Assembly: GCA_030390025.1 (NCBI GenBank)
Contig: CM059432.1
Span: forward strand, 7,936,001-8,000,000
Source: Squalus acanthias
Taxonomy: Eukaryota
DNA: 64,000 nucleotides
Reading direction: 5' to 3'
Shown here: positions 62,240 to 64,000 of the stretch, one piece after another
Layout: every line of letters starts with the position of its first letter
How positions within the stretch are numbered: position 1 is the stretch's first letter
Program-made: the position numbers and the translations under genes
Notes under the pieces: generated by a model
Database searches by the model: none
What the model was told of the DNA's origin: nothing
The model's input: the letters and a program-made list of their open reading frames with translations, nothing else

Positions 62240-63420
62240 GGGCTGGATTTTGTCATTGGGGGTGGGCTGGGGGCGTGTCAGGTGGTCGGCGTGTCAGGAC
62301 CCCGCCTCCGATGTGAGGCGGGACAAAAGTGCGATTTTGCCCCAATTGGGCAATTGATTTCCAGCGTGTGGGAACCCCTGGCCCAATGAGTCTTTTGATA
62401 CTGAAACTCGCCTCCGATGACGTCATCTATGCAGCTGGATTTAAGACCTGCAAGCAGCCTTGGTTCTTTTTCAGCCTTACAACTTTATCAACATACTTCT
62501 GAGGGATTCCTACTGCTACTATGTCCAGCGCCAGACCAAAGTGTGCACCCAGATTCGATGAGGCCTCCCTCCAAGCTCTGGTGAAGGGAGCAAGAGCAAA
62601 TAAGGAAGTGCTCTTTCCTTCCTCAGGGAGGAAAAAAGCCTCCACAACAGACCAAAGCTGTGTGGCTGCAAGTGGTACAGGAGGTGAATGCAATTTCAAT
62701 GTGCAGCAGAACCTGGCTGCAGTGCAGAAAGAGGTTTCATGACCTTCTCCGCACAGGAAAAGTGAGTATTCCATCCCCATGACGCTCAATCTGATCCCCA
62801 TCGCCTCTCATCACCAGCACTCTGCTTTGTCAACCTCCTCCTCCACATCCCACTTCACCCTTACATCCCTGCACCCTTACCCATTCCCTCTCTCTGTATG
62901 TTGACATTCACTTAACTATTCGACTATGCAGCCCTCACACTCCCTATCACTGTGATAACAACTTACAACACACAAGGAGGGCCCTTGGTCTTGGCACCTC
63001 ACTCCATCTTTGTGTCCTTCTAGGCATCTATGCTATGGATTCTCTACACTCACTCCTTCATTTTCACTCAAACTCCACTGCAGGAAAAGACAGCCCACAA
63101 TAAGAGGGAGAGGATGAGGACAGGAGGAGGGCCACCCTCAATAGCCCAGCTCACCACTGTAGAGGAGGAGGCCCTGGAGATCGTGGGAGTGGAGGAGGAT
63201 GCGCAAGTGGGGGACGGACAGACGGGCGCATCAGAGCAAGCTGGTGACAGAATAGTTTTTCATCTGTCTCATTGACATTGCATGAGTGACTGATTTTGAT
63301 TCTGATGCTCTAACAGATAGACTTCTCTGCACAATTCAATGTGCATACAACGTTTATCTCACATGTCTAACTCTTTCCTTTACTCCCCCACAGGACCAGT
63401 GACAGCCCCCTCCCCACTGT
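62240..63420 (+). mobile_element. 5' part of a PIF/Harbinger transposon
   Basis: Starts GGGCTGGATTTTGTCATTGGG, nearly identical to the family C MITE end; carries a Myb/SANT gene remnant; right boundary uncertain. Confidence 0.75.
62521..63243 (+). pseudogene. Harbinger Myb/SANT-like DNA-binding protein gene, spliced, one frameshift
   Basis: Exon 62521-62761 APRFDEASLQALV..LFP /frameshift in A6 at 62632-62637/ TKAVWLQVVQEVNA..RTWLQCRKRFHDL; GTGAGT donor at 62762; CAG acceptor ending 63083; exon from 63084 EKTAHNKRERMRTGGGPP. Confidence 0.82.
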
Positions 63421-63599
63421 CCAGGAGGAAAGGAAATAAATGGTTCCCATGCTGCTGGTTTATACCTCAGTTGAGGAAGCGCTTAGTCAAGGTGGGGAGA
63501 GGGGTTTCCCAGGAGGCCACACTGGAGATGGGTCTCATGCTTCAAACTTCCACAACAATGAGTAGGCCTGCTAAAAGTTCCCCCAGACCTGAGACAAGA

Positions 63600-63900
63600 T
63601 CTTCTTTTCCAGGGTTCTCTAATAACCTTTTCTCTGTCAAGTTATTCGTACAGAGTATCCCTAATGATCCAACAACTTTCCTATAACTGGCGCCGATGCT
63701 CATGGGTCTATTATTTCCTAGTTCTGACTTATTGTCCTTTTTTAATATTGGTACAACATGAGCCTCCCTCCAGTCCCAAGGAATGATCCCAGACTCCAGT
63801 GAGCTATTAAATCTATGAGGAAGGGGCGCACTTGGCACAGCTCCCATTCCATTGAGTAAACTTGGGCAAATGCTGTCTGGACCAGCAGCTCCATCTGATT
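63600..63900 (-). mobile_element. Degenerate CR1-type RT fragment
   Basis: FNSSLESGIIPWDWREAHVVPILKKDNKSELGNNRPMS. Confidence 0.7.
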
Positions 63901-64000
63901 CTCTCCAGTGTTACATCTGCACCCACTTCAACATAGAATCATAGAACCATCGAGTCATTCAGCACAGAAGGAGGCCATTCAGCCCATCGTGCCTGTGCCG

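Overview
Eukaryotic, repeat-dominated DNA. The repeat content (CR1 and L2 LINEs, Deu-domain tRNA-SINEs, Penelope fragments, Harbinger/hAT MITEs) points to a cartilaginous fish, probably a shark; this is an inference. The only host coding sequence I can support is a 2.6-kb terminal coding exon of DSEL (dermatan sulfate epimerase-like; 20921-23525, +). It begins at a splice acceptor, whereas the mammalian DSEL CDS lies in one exon. Most other ORFs in the track are retroelement fragments or artefacts of simple repeats. Notable structures: (1) four intact-looking minimal type I hammerhead ribozyme motifs from two Penelope-like families, with compensatory stem changes; (2) a 97 x 16-bp CpG-rich minisatellite that expanded inside a small MITE, with an unexpanded relative in the window; (3) a 2.4-kb degenerate (CCCTAA)n array splitting an otherwise collinear old CR1; (4) several 3-bp-TSD MITE families plus a spliced Harbinger Myb/SANT gene remnant sharing a TIR with one of them; (5) clear nested insertions. 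I see no convincing wholly new biological system; these are local instances of known element classes. Repeat boundaries are approximate unless a TSD is given.
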